A stretch of 57,616 bases of DNA, filler included, from Porpidia crustulata (taxonomy: Eukaryota), in assembly GCA_964255105.1 (NCBI GenBank). It is 3 parts of 3 records of this genome, joined end to end, with 100 filler letters (N's around TTAATTAATTAA, not from the genome) between each part and the next. Parts side by side here need not be neighbours in the genome. Positions count along the whole stretch, not along the records: positions 1 to 19,181 come from CAXUWE010000149.1; 2 more parts are not named here. One strand, written 5' to 3'. Positions 1 to 10,919 of the stretch are shown here, in pieces. Every line of letters starts with the position of its first letter. The first letter of the stretch is position 1. Under the pieces are notes generated by a model. The model saw nothing but the letters and a program-made list of their open reading frames with translations, was not told the DNA's origin and did no database searches. Made by a program: the position numbers and the translations under genes.

Positions 1-699
1 GTGAGATTTGGTGAGGTAAGGCCTCCTTCAAAATTCACAGAAGCCTTTTCCCGACAGTTCCACAAAATCTGAAATCTATCGATATATGAACGCATCGATA
101 CAATTCAAGACGAATGGACCGAGTCGAAAAAAGCAGAACGGAGCATCCAAACACGACAGAAGAGGACGCGAAAGTAGCCACGGAGGCCCTGGGTGTCATA
201 ATAGAAATACTCTCCAAATTTCCGAAAAGGGAAGAAAAATGCGTCTAGGGACGTTGTTGAAGGTTTTTTGCATTACAAGAAACTAACAAACCGCCCAACC
301 ATTCACCAAAAAGGCCCACAACACCAAGAAACCCCACCGCGGATTTGTGCAACCGGACTTCAAGAACAAAAACACCTCCGACGTCGAAACTCGAATGCAA
401 GTAGAGAAAATTATCGGATTGTAGATAGCAAGATCTCGATAAACGCACAAACCCAGACTCCGCTTCATTTCCGCAGGCACCCACAGATACCGTCGAGGCG
501 AGATAGTTACGTGGTGAAAATCGGGGGACATATATGTGGGAGATGAAGTACGAGAGCGTTCAGGCATTGTGGATTGGAGGTCAAGATGCCAAGATCCCAT
601 GGTAAAAACCCCGTGTGTTTGTTGTAGTTGCCCGGTTTTCCTTGCCCTGACACTCGACTTGATGCTATCTTCTCAGCACTGCGTCTCGTCAAACTCTAA

Positions 700-2950
700 T
701 TTTTCCTTCACACAACGGAGGCGAGGGGGATCAATTCCGTATCTGCCTTTAATGTGAGCGATAGGAGACTTGAACGGAGGTTGTTTGGTTGACTTTGATG
801 TGGAAGGGGCGATGTGTTAGCATAGTGGTGATGGATAGGAGGCTTGTCGTTTGCGTTTTGATGTGGTTGATATTGTTGCTATGGTGGTTAGGTATGGGCT
901 TCAGGGAGGAATGTCTGAATTTTAGAAGAGCGGTGATGGGAAGGGATGGCAGATCGGGAGGGGATGCGGTTGTAGGAGGGTCAGGCGGCAAGTAGTAGGG
1001 CGGTTTCGGGTATCGAAGTAGACCTAGGTTCTGGAAGTGAACTAGATTAGGGGTCTGTAGGTAGATAGGGAATATAGATCGGGCCGAAGGAGTCCGATAC
1101 ATGATACTTAGTCATGTGAATTCGTGTGCTACATAAGCTCGGCGCAGGGAGGTGCTGAAGCAGTCGAGGCAGGAGATGGATTTTCGTGGTTAGGAAGTAG
1201 ATATCCCCTCAAAAACCGCCGAAACAAAAGAATTTGGATGCACTCACCATGGATCCAATGACCGCGGAAAAGACTTTTGTGTGGCGGCATTGTGGTTTGT
1301 GGTTGGTAAAGAAGCGGCTGCCACCACCCTGGGAAGACGAGCGGAGCGAGCTCAGGAGAGCCCAATATAGAGGAGCCACCGGAGTTGTTACTGTTCAAGT
1401 GCAATGAATTAGATGCCTTTTGAATCTGGGGGTCGGGAAGGAGAGGAGACTTGGTACGGGTTATGATCGAGCGTAAAGTCAGAACTCCTTATCCGAATTA
1501 TGGAACAACTGAAGAGCGATGTTAGAAATTCGTTAGGTCTGCAAGATGAGGGAGAATGAATCAGTGTATCGTCGAACAATGCTGCAGCTTTCGAAATAGT
1601 CGCATGGGCTAGCTCTTGCTGAAGAAGAGGTCGATGGCGCTGATAAGAAGGGGAAGTTGATTAACTTTATCATCTCATGTTCGCAAAGATGTAGTAGTCT
1701 CTGAGTATTGTAATACCGAAGATGTAACAAAGGATAATCTGATCGCTTGGTCGTTGACTTGTGCTGCTTGGCAGTCTTTTGTCGTTTCAATGTAGGAGCT
1801 TAGGGTTCTCGCTGTGACGGAAAGGCTTGGGAGGAGGGAAGAAGTGACTTGAGAAGGTAGAAACGGCGAGAGGCAGCGTTTCTTATTGTTTGCAATATCC
1901 CAAACCTGTTTTTCTGATTTGGTGAGTCTCGATTCAGTTGAAAGAGTATAGTCTGCAACATGATAAGAAGCTTACTAGTGGCTCGTCTGTTGCCTGTCGT
2001 CAACAGCCATACTAAATGTACACGAAATGAGAGGACATGGAGCAGAAAAGCTGCTAAGAGTATGTATTGATGGTACAGTGATCATGGCTTTGGCTTTGGA
2101 AATGAGTATCATCGGGCTACTCTACGAGTACTTGGCGACAAGAGGAGAGATAGCCCAGGGGAATAACCCAAGTATAAGTCCATCTGCGAACTAGATGGTC
2201 TGATTGTTGTAGTGAATTGCTAGTAAAGATACCGCTTTCTCTGTTATCAGGATCGTAGAAAGTATCTTGTTCGTAGGACTAAGGTAGCATGAGACATTCG
2301 TCATCGACAAAGAGCAGAAGATGTTGAAAATGTTGCATGCTAATAGAGCGTGACATTTCTTCGAGTACTACGGGTTTGGCTTTGGAGCATGTGTAAATAG
2401 TAGGAATCCCGTTATTTTTCTTGTATTTAGCTTCCATCAATGTTGATGGAACCAATCTTTCGAGAGCTTATTTTGTAAAAGGGTATTTGCAACGCTGTTC
2501 GGTGGCCTTTGGTGCTCTTCTAGGCGGTTTTCAGCGTTCAAGTTTCTTGATTGATGGAATTTTTCTGCAATAGAAGAAACTGTAGCCTCAACATCTTTTA
2601 CTTTGCTGTATAGACCGAGAGCATGACAACAAAGACAGCGTCACACGGTGATTCAGCTGCGTTGTGGTTATCCGTTGTGATGCAGGGGATTTTGCAAAGA
2701 GTACTGCTAGGGGAGCACAGCGGTCCACGAAACGCTGCGGACTTCGTGTGGGATAGGATATTTTGGCTGTGTTCTTGTAGTATAGCTCTCAAGAAAATCC
2801 TGAGCCTTGTTCAACAGACAGCATAGAATAACGTGAAGGATGTCTAGGAGTCAGGAAGTAGGTGTCGACAGCTTATGGTCCATTTTCGATGCGTTCGAGA
2901 TTTGGTTTTGTTGTAGTTTGGTGTGTCATCGGTAGTCAGAAGGAGTCATT
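700..2950 (-). pseudogene. Possible decayed protein-coding relic (family unresolved)
   Basis: The minus strand is C/A-rich and the plus strand G/T-rich. Protein-like stretches are broken by stops and frameshifts (e.g. LLLFVDDECLMLP*, HFQSQSHDHCTIN, EKQVWDIANN). There is no intact ORF. Confidence 0.3.
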
Positions 2951-5900
2951 GGAGGAGAAGCTTTAGGGGCAGTTGAATATCCTTGGGCTCGGCTTATGTC
3001 TGACAATCTTACATCAAGATGTGCTTGAGCGTGAGACACAAGAATTGCAGGTCAATAAGCCAAAGCAGATGGGGGGTCTGCGAGAAAGGAGATACGTAGA
3101 TAGATTTCCGCAAAGCTAAGAAGTCGAGCCACTTGTGTTACTATAACAGCGTATAGCATACTCGCTAAGATCCAGCTGAACAAGAGAAAATGCAGAACCT
3201 TTAGTTCCGGCGTCTGGTACACTATGCCAGAGGTAATCACTAGCTTAGAGCTCAACTTTCAGCTTTCAATCTCAACGCGTATCTTATCCCATGCCTATAT
3301 CGATGACTCACTGGATTTTCTGCATGACGATCCTCTCACGTCCGTGTCTGTCCGTATATGGCCCAAACAAGCCAGGGTCAACAATCTGGAGAGGCCGCTG
3401 GGATGCGATGCATCTGTCAAATGTCGATCGCGGTTCGGACTTCTCGGTCCCAACAACCTTATATGCCGAGCTCTGGGGACGAACGTAAGGATGGCTTGGA
3501 TCATCCACCAAAGCCCGTAATGATCCGAAAGAACTTTGGCCAAATCCTACTGAGACGGGCCCCCTTCTAAGCTCATTTAGCAGATGGCCCGGCCATAAGA
3601 GTGGCAGGAAGCGATGCTATATCCATGAGGTGGCAAATGTTGGAAGTAGTGGAACTGGGACTAGCATCCTGGATCCTGAAACCTGAAGATCATCGACGTC
3701 CTAAGCCACGAGGACTTTGACTTTACCAGTCGCCATGGTTACCACGCTTAGCTGTCCATCCCCACTTCCCCAGCTATTCCATGTAGTTTTGGTGATGATG
3801 CCAGTTTGAACTTCTTTTATATTGACCAATGAACTTAGAAAGGCTTCGTTAGGTTAGCGCCTATCGGTAGAATTTGCCCTTCAATGTCCATAACGAAACT
3901 CACGATGAAAATCCGCAATCGTGTTGGTGCCAAAGTGCTCGCACGTAATTTCGTCATGCCCGCTAGAGATGATTTTTTCGACTAACGGGACGTGATAATC
4001 AATAAAAAGTCATGATAGTGGAGAATCGTCTCCAAATTTGACGTCGGCTGTGGACAGCCATCCCCGGTTGCAGGAAGGATGAAGGATTTACTATTGTCGC
4101 CGAAGCTAAACCGTGTGACTGTGGGTGAGACGTCAGGATGGCTGAATAACAAAGGCGGCACTTAGTAGGAGAACTAAAATGGTGGAAGGATCTGACTGAC
4201 GTGGAACTAATTCGGTAGTAGCTGTAAGATCTGCCTAGAAGACTTTTTTGTACCTTTTTCGTGCGAACCTCCAGACTCGCAGGTACATCCGGCGGCATCC
4301 TTCTGACTATGAGGATGATGAGGATAATTGATCATCGTCGAACCGCAATGTTGGGAATTTACGCATCGCAGCAGGATCCCAATATCCTTCGACATCTAGA
4401 TTGAACAAATAAGCATTTTCGAATCGGAAAATTCAGAGCTGAGCCATCATGATGCAATTTTTTAGATATCTTGATCATCATCTATTATTGTCTCACCGAT
4501 CATTCTTACCCATCAGTAATCTGTGGAGGACAACCTGATACCAACGTTGGTCATCAGCTTGGGTATCAGATGTATCTTATACCACGTAACGAATACGATA
4601 TAAAGGGTAGCGTTACAGGCTAGTTCAGCCGAGGCACGCGAGGATGATAAGCGAGCCAAGGACTTCAATCTTTATCTTAAGTCCGGCTCACCGCCGAGTG
4701 CTGTCATAATACTAGTCTTTCGGGCTAGATACCTTAGGTATCAAACTATTGACTTATCCTCCAGGCTGTCAGCTCAACAAGAAGAATTAGAGTCATGCTA
4801 AGGAATCCTTCTCGTTTCCTAGGCATCATCTTGCCTCGATGATTCGTTATCCCACTTTCGCGGAGTGGTACTAGGGCAATTAAACAGTGCACGCTTGCCA
4901 CCCACGCATTTATAGTTGCCACAATGAGCCAGGTTTACTGCATGAATCTTGCTTTCTGCGTACTACTACATGGATTCTCTCATACACGAAGGGACAGCGA
5001 TGGCAATTTCACCTACCCTCAAGTGCTCCGGTACGTTCATAGCCATAATGAGCGAACATCTGCGTTCACTGGCTTGTATGTGAGACGAAGGGAGTCTGGA
5101 AATTTCTTCAACCTACTCTATTAGCCTCTTCCGGGACGGATCTATGGGAGCTTGAAGGAACAATTTAGGTCCCGCTTGCTTAACATAATGTCAACCACCT
5201 GGCTTTGATACTATCAAGCAACAACCTATAGCAATATAGTCAAAGCCCATCGATACCTTCATGCTCTAATAGGTGACTGGAGCCTTAGTCCATTGCGTGG
5301 TCTTCGCTACTCGATAACGAATTTTACTGTAGGTTTCGTCAACGCTAAGGTGTTGGGGCCGCTGCTCGCGACGCTGTGCGCGCTGGGCGGACCGTTTCGT
5401 GTCCCGTCTACGGCTGGCGTAAATGAACAGCTAGCACGTGGCTTAGTATTAAATGACATTTCCTCAGATTAGACAATAAGGTTTAAGCTCTGAACGTATT
5501 TGAGGACTAGTTTCAAAAGGTAGCGGGCCAGGAATAAGCAAGATGTAACACAGGATCGTTGGATTCGGATGACGCCTCCGACACGGTGTATCATTGGCAC
5601 GTGTCTAGCTTCGAAAGGTAAAAAGAACGCCAACTGGCATCCCGAGGACGAGGCTGATGGATGAAGGGAAATCCTAAGCGATCGGAGTATTTCGGCTTTA
5701 TTCCGGATCAACCTCATCACACTTACTTTCCTCGTGCTGAGATCAACCGTGGGGTTGCTTATGCGGAAGCGGAGTCTTTGCCCTTCGGAGCTAGTTCAAT
5801 CTTCATGCCTCTTAGTTGTGGTAGAGTCTTGAAGTTGTGAAACGCAGGTCTTATTCCCAAATCCGAATATGGCTTCTTAGGATTCAAACGGCATCAAGAA

Positions 5901-6247
5901 GATGCGGCAAGACTGTCTCGGGAGAAGAAAATTCGCTCTCGACCATACACCGACGTCCAAGTATACAATCGGGGAATCTTGCGTAGAAAATCTTATACTT
6001 TCACCACCATAACGCCAAGCCAAGAGCTGGAGGTTTTGCAGTCTTCAGCGCTCTACAAACCCAGAAGTGGCAAAGGACTCTGAAACATGGCCCTTATGGT
6101 TGGCCATAGATTCTGCTCACAAAGCTCCCTCCAAGTCTAATGTTGAAGTGCGAAGTAGCAACACTGTATAATGGAAGCCTTGCGTGCATATTTTGTACAA
6201 CCCCTTAACTTCTAAGTCACGGAATTCTAGATAGCCAATGACGCCTT

Positions 6248-7629
6248 CTAAAGATGCTTGAACCGGTCTCCAAGGAGGTCCGCCGTAAGAGCAGCTAGAA
6301 CGCTCTCAAGACCATCAATAACCGAGGAAAGGTACTTGATATCTGTTTTATGGAGATTCGCCGTTTGCGCCTGTGAAGTCACAGAGCCAGATCCATTCTC
6401 CTGTGTCGGGTGGTTTTGAGTGGCCGATCCGATAATGCTTACAACCCGCCTCAACTCCCTCATAGTGTTTCGACCTTTTTGAACTGCGCGCTCAATCAAC
6501 AGTTTCTTCATTGCCAGCTCATCGTCTTGACTGGGCCGATACTCTCCAATAGACAGTCTCACACTACCGCTGTGCGATAGTAGCTTCTGAATCTGACAAA
6601 AGACCAGCTGTGTGGTTGCGACTGTGACGAGTAAAGGAGGAGAATCTTTGCTACACAGGCTACACCTTAGGAAGGAGTCAACTGCACTTAGAGTATCATT
6701 AATACACTGAAGCAGCAGATCCAGACGCTGGTGTTCAGCTTGCATGCTCAGGCTGTAGAGTTGGTTCAATTGAAAAGCCTGTTGACTGAAGCAGAAACAC
6801 GATGTCGAAGTGTTCGTGCTCTGTTCCAACAATTTACTTCCTCGAGAGCTTGTGGCGTCAAATAAATTTGCCTGCAATGGTCGAATCAAAGACGATGACC
6901 GACTAGAATTCCTCGAATCGTGAAGAATAGGCGTATTCGAGCCTATATATGCCGTTCTATCGGCTTGGGTCGTAGAATTTGAATTGATCAAAGAATCAAA
7001 CGGAGAGTTCATGCGCATGGTATCGGTAAGGGAGAAGCTTTCCATATCAAATCGATCGTCGGCATTGGTTGACGGAGGAGATATATTAAAGTTAACGTCC
7101 ATAGGCAGGTCTACGAAATCTTCCATCTAATAGTTCAAAGAAAGTCAGCAGGAGGAAGTGGGGAAATATTAGTTAATAGGATAATTCAACTAACATTCAG
7201 GGGAAACATATGATCGGCATTATCCCCAGTAGACTCGATGTCATGGAAAGTCAAGGGAGGTGTGAGACCGGCATCGTAACCATGCATATGAGACAGTTGA
7301 CCCTCTTCGCGGTACTCATCCTGAGATGCTCGAGACCTTTTTCGACTTCGATTTAACGATTGGGAGGATGAAGGCGTGGTAGGTGCGGTGTTCTGAGCCT
7401 TTTCTGCTTCCATCCGTATTTGCTCCAACCTTTCCAGAGTCTTTCGGTTCTTGCTTCCTTTCGGCTTGCCGGCCTTGATCGCATAACTGTGTGAACAATG
7501 TAGGTTATTATCTCGACAACGCGCACATGGCTCGTCATCAGAGCATTTAACCTTGGCGTGATGACACATATCGCATGCTTGTCGTAGCTTGGGGAGTGTC
7601 TCCTGAGTTCGCTGTGATCGATGAGACAT
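6248..7629 (-). CDS. AflR-like Zn(II)2Cys6 pathway-specific transcription factor (2 exons: 7629-7195, 7126-6248; about 437 aa)
   Basis: The N-terminal binuclear cluster reads KLRQACDMCHHAKVKCSDDEPCARCRDNNLHC. A 68-nt GTTAGT...CTGAC...TTAG phase-0 intron (7194-7127) joins ORFs 7186-7629 and 6248-7126 in frame. The C-terminal region (CFC...RCSLC...SIGEY) resembles AflR-type cluster regulators. The gene is divergent from a PKS. Confidence 0.9.
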
Positions 7630-7863
7630 GGCGCTTGGTTTCTATTTTTCTTTTTGCGGGCTGGATTACCCCAAGTAATATTGATATAAGAGATTGAGGA
7701 AATATGAACACTGAATTGCGGTGGAGACCAACTGAAGCTCGAGTACAGGGGCTTGAGACATGTTTGCGTTAAGTAGATCTCTCAGCATATGCAGCTATGC
7801 TGACAAGGTTACCACGCTGACGGCGCAGCAGAGAAGCAGTTTTAGGGTGCTTCGAAGGAAGCT

Positions 7864-7874
7864 TCGCGACTCGA
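7864..7874. promoter_or_regulatory. Candidate AflR-type site TCG-N5-CGA (TCGCGACTCGA), about 235 bp upstream of the TF start
   Basis: It matches the established AflR palindrome and lies in the divergent TF/PKS intergenic region. The motif is short and can occur by chance. Confidence 0.3.
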
Positions 7875-8502
7875 CGAAAACTCCACTGGCTGCCAAGGCA
7901 CATAGGCACATAGGCAGGCTCCATAGCCTCACGCTAAGTCATCCTCACGCTTATCCAAGTTGAGCGGTATTTCGCGTCGTACCGTACACCTCCCTTGTCA
8001 TGCAACGAAAACAGCGAATCGTTGATCTGCGTTTTTCGTTAGATGTTGTTGTCTGCAGAGCTAGAAATAATACGCCTCAGCAAATAACAAGCTTTGCAAT
8101 CGCTACTTCACCAAATTGACATGTTGTGCGAGTGGAACGCGTCTGACGCTCATCACTATTTCAATTCGTAACGCTGTCCACACGACAAAGTCATCCTTGT
8201 GGAACTCGTAGTCAATGAAGCAATGCTTACAGAGCAGCCACTGTAATCAGTGCTTCCGGTGTATAGTTGGAGGGTACGGAACGGTGTACGCAAGACCAAA
8301 TTGTCAGCTTAACAATCGTTGGTAAGGTAAGATAATCTGAGCTATGTTTGATGACAGCGTATTAAATGTCGTGACCCCATGACTAAGGTAATATAATCGC
8401 GGAATGCATTCTTAATGAGGAGAGGGTGAGAGAATGCAGGCATTAGCAATACGGATATCAGCCAAATTATTAACGATTAGTTTTGGGGTTCAGTAATGTG
8501 TA

Positions 8503-8513
8503 TCGAACTCCGA
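8503..8513. promoter_or_regulatory. Candidate AflR-type site TCG-N5-CGA (TCGAACTCCGA)
   Basis: This is the second match in the TF/PKS intergenic region. Confidence 0.25.
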
Positions 8514-10919
8514 TTCACAGATACTTTGTAACTACAGCAGTCAGCTCGCGCGGCATACTGACTTCTCGTCTCTATAGGTGAACCCATATTTCAGAGATCG
8601 TCCTCGTTCGGTTATTTTTGTGCGAACATGCATGTAAGACTATCTCCAAATGATGAGATAGCTCTGAAACATCATCTCTGACTGCTACCAAAAGGAGGTC
8701 ACACCATAGCATTTTTATATGTTGGATCGCGATATTGCGTGGGAAACTGACACCACAAAAATGGCTTAATGAGTCTCCACAGCGACTAGCATAAGACCAC
8801 GCAGCCATGTCAGCCAATAATGACTCAAATAAATATAGTACGAAGAATTAGAAAGAACCTCGCTGAGCATGCTTGTCGAGAGAATCTTCGGACATGTGTT
8901 TTATATAAAGCATGCATGAAAGCGTTATTGAGACTAGGTCCTTTGAGACAGTATTGCTCCACTTACTTTGCTTGGTGAGAGTAATTAAAGCATGGGTGAG
9001 CACTAATCCTCGCGATGTTCCTTCGGTCCTTGGTAAGCTTCACAATCGTCTCAAGATATCCGTCCCATTCACTGTCATTCACTTTGTACCTTACTACTCC
9101 ACATGTTGGTACCCAGGAAACCATGATGCCACATGTGGGTGAAGATCTATCTCAGGATGACAGATGACTTACCTGTTCCAGCTGTCCTGACGATGTTCAA
9201 AGATATGAAACGGGTATGGGATCGTGTGACAAGTCAAAACGGTAATTTCATCCAACGACTTCATCAGGAAAATATACGGAGGATCGCAATAGGGTTTGGG
9301 GGAATGTTTGCCGATTTGTAAACCCCTTGAAAGACTGGACGCTGTCAAGTCTTCACGAACATCAATTCAAGTTAATGCTATGTCCCACTCTTGACGAGCT
9401 CCTTACTCGTCTGGTAGCTCTTGGTGAGAGATCAAAGTCCGCCTTTTTTAGAAGCCTTAGAATACCTGACCATGGCACCAGAATATTGTCGGAACGTAGA
9501 AATGCACGTACGCATCTTTCCCCATCTCAACTCTGTATAAATCGGAATAACAACCTAAGCCCACCAAGTTTGACCACGTTACTCGGATCAAATGGGTAGA
9601 TAGCTGATTCCAAACAGTATATAGTACAAGAATCAGAACATACGTTGCAATGTGTGGTGGTAAACTGTGAGAAGAATACTGATAAAGCTAGACAGTCTAT
9701 CAGCATCATATTCGTTTACTTACTGAAGCTTGTCAACTGTCTGAACGTTCACAGAGGTCCGTGGGCGACAATGCCAATTGTAGCAACGAACGAAGCTGCA
9801 GAGAACATATGCGGACGAGCAATCTCGAATGTCCTAACCCTAAGAATCACATATCACGCGGAGTCATGATGGAGGACAGCCCCTTGCAAGAACTATCTCG
9901 ACTAGCTTTGTGAGCGCTGTGCGAGAACTTTTCTGATTGAGTAGAGGATCATGAGACGAGAGTTTCTTGTCCCCAATTACGGCGGCTGAAGGATCCATTG
10001 ACAGTGAGTATGCGACTATCACGTGAAGCTACGTGAGAGATCATGGCCACCGTAGAGAACCTTATTACCTTGTCACCTTATGCACTCTTGACAGCTAGGT
10101 ATGATTTTGTTACAGCATATGCAGCCACCATCACTGCCCAAGCTCATGCTTGAGACTTGTTCAAGCATGCGCTTCTCCACAGAATTACCCCCATATGAAA
10201 CCTTCAAGACGTGTCGGACCGCCTCACAACATCGCCTTTTGGCGCGTCAACCAAAATGCGTAGCTTGAAGACATCTTTCTTTCATTATATATACAAATTC
10301 AGCAGGACATACTAAGCTGTTCACTCGTACTCGATAGCATCTTCGTATTTTAATTCTGATCATACGTGTGAGCATTTAGATTGACCGTCTCGCTAAGGTT
10401 GGTGGTATCTGATTAGATGGTTTCATCTCGTAATCCGCCGAGACCACACATGTTGCTCTCGGTTCAAATACCGGGACAAAAAGAAGCATACACAGATCCA
10501 ACGTGCCAGCTGCAGCTTAGAAGTTCCTTGGGTCTGGGTGAGCATGTGGCAACAGACGATTGCGTATCGTTCATGAAACAGAGGTGCTTCCCTAGATCCA
10601 ATATGCAAGGTACAATCAGCATAGTATTTCTATATCCAGACATGTATACTCTCCGAGCCGGAAATTTCTGCACGTGTATATGCTTTGTTCATGATGACTA
10701 TGTCTCTACATTTACCTCTATCGCGGTCAGCTTTATTAATCAGCTTCGGAGAATATCAACATAGAACTGGACATTTGAGTAGATCATATAACACAAATTT
10801 CCAGTCAAGCTTCAATCATTATGGACATGCGCGATCTTGTTTAACACACTCGCGATATCGTCTATCCACCTACGGATTTGCTTGTTTAACACATCTAGCC
10901 CAGTTTTCTAGGCGAAAAT

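Noticed and set aside
1..3000. Intact or recognisable retrotransposon
   Set aside because: I could not find RT (YxDD), integrase, gag zinc-knuckle, LTR or TIR signatures, so I kept it only as an unresolved relic.
7897..7916. GGCACATA tandem duplication upstream of the TF
   Set aside because: It has only about 2.5 copies of an 8-mer, consistent with ordinary slippage.
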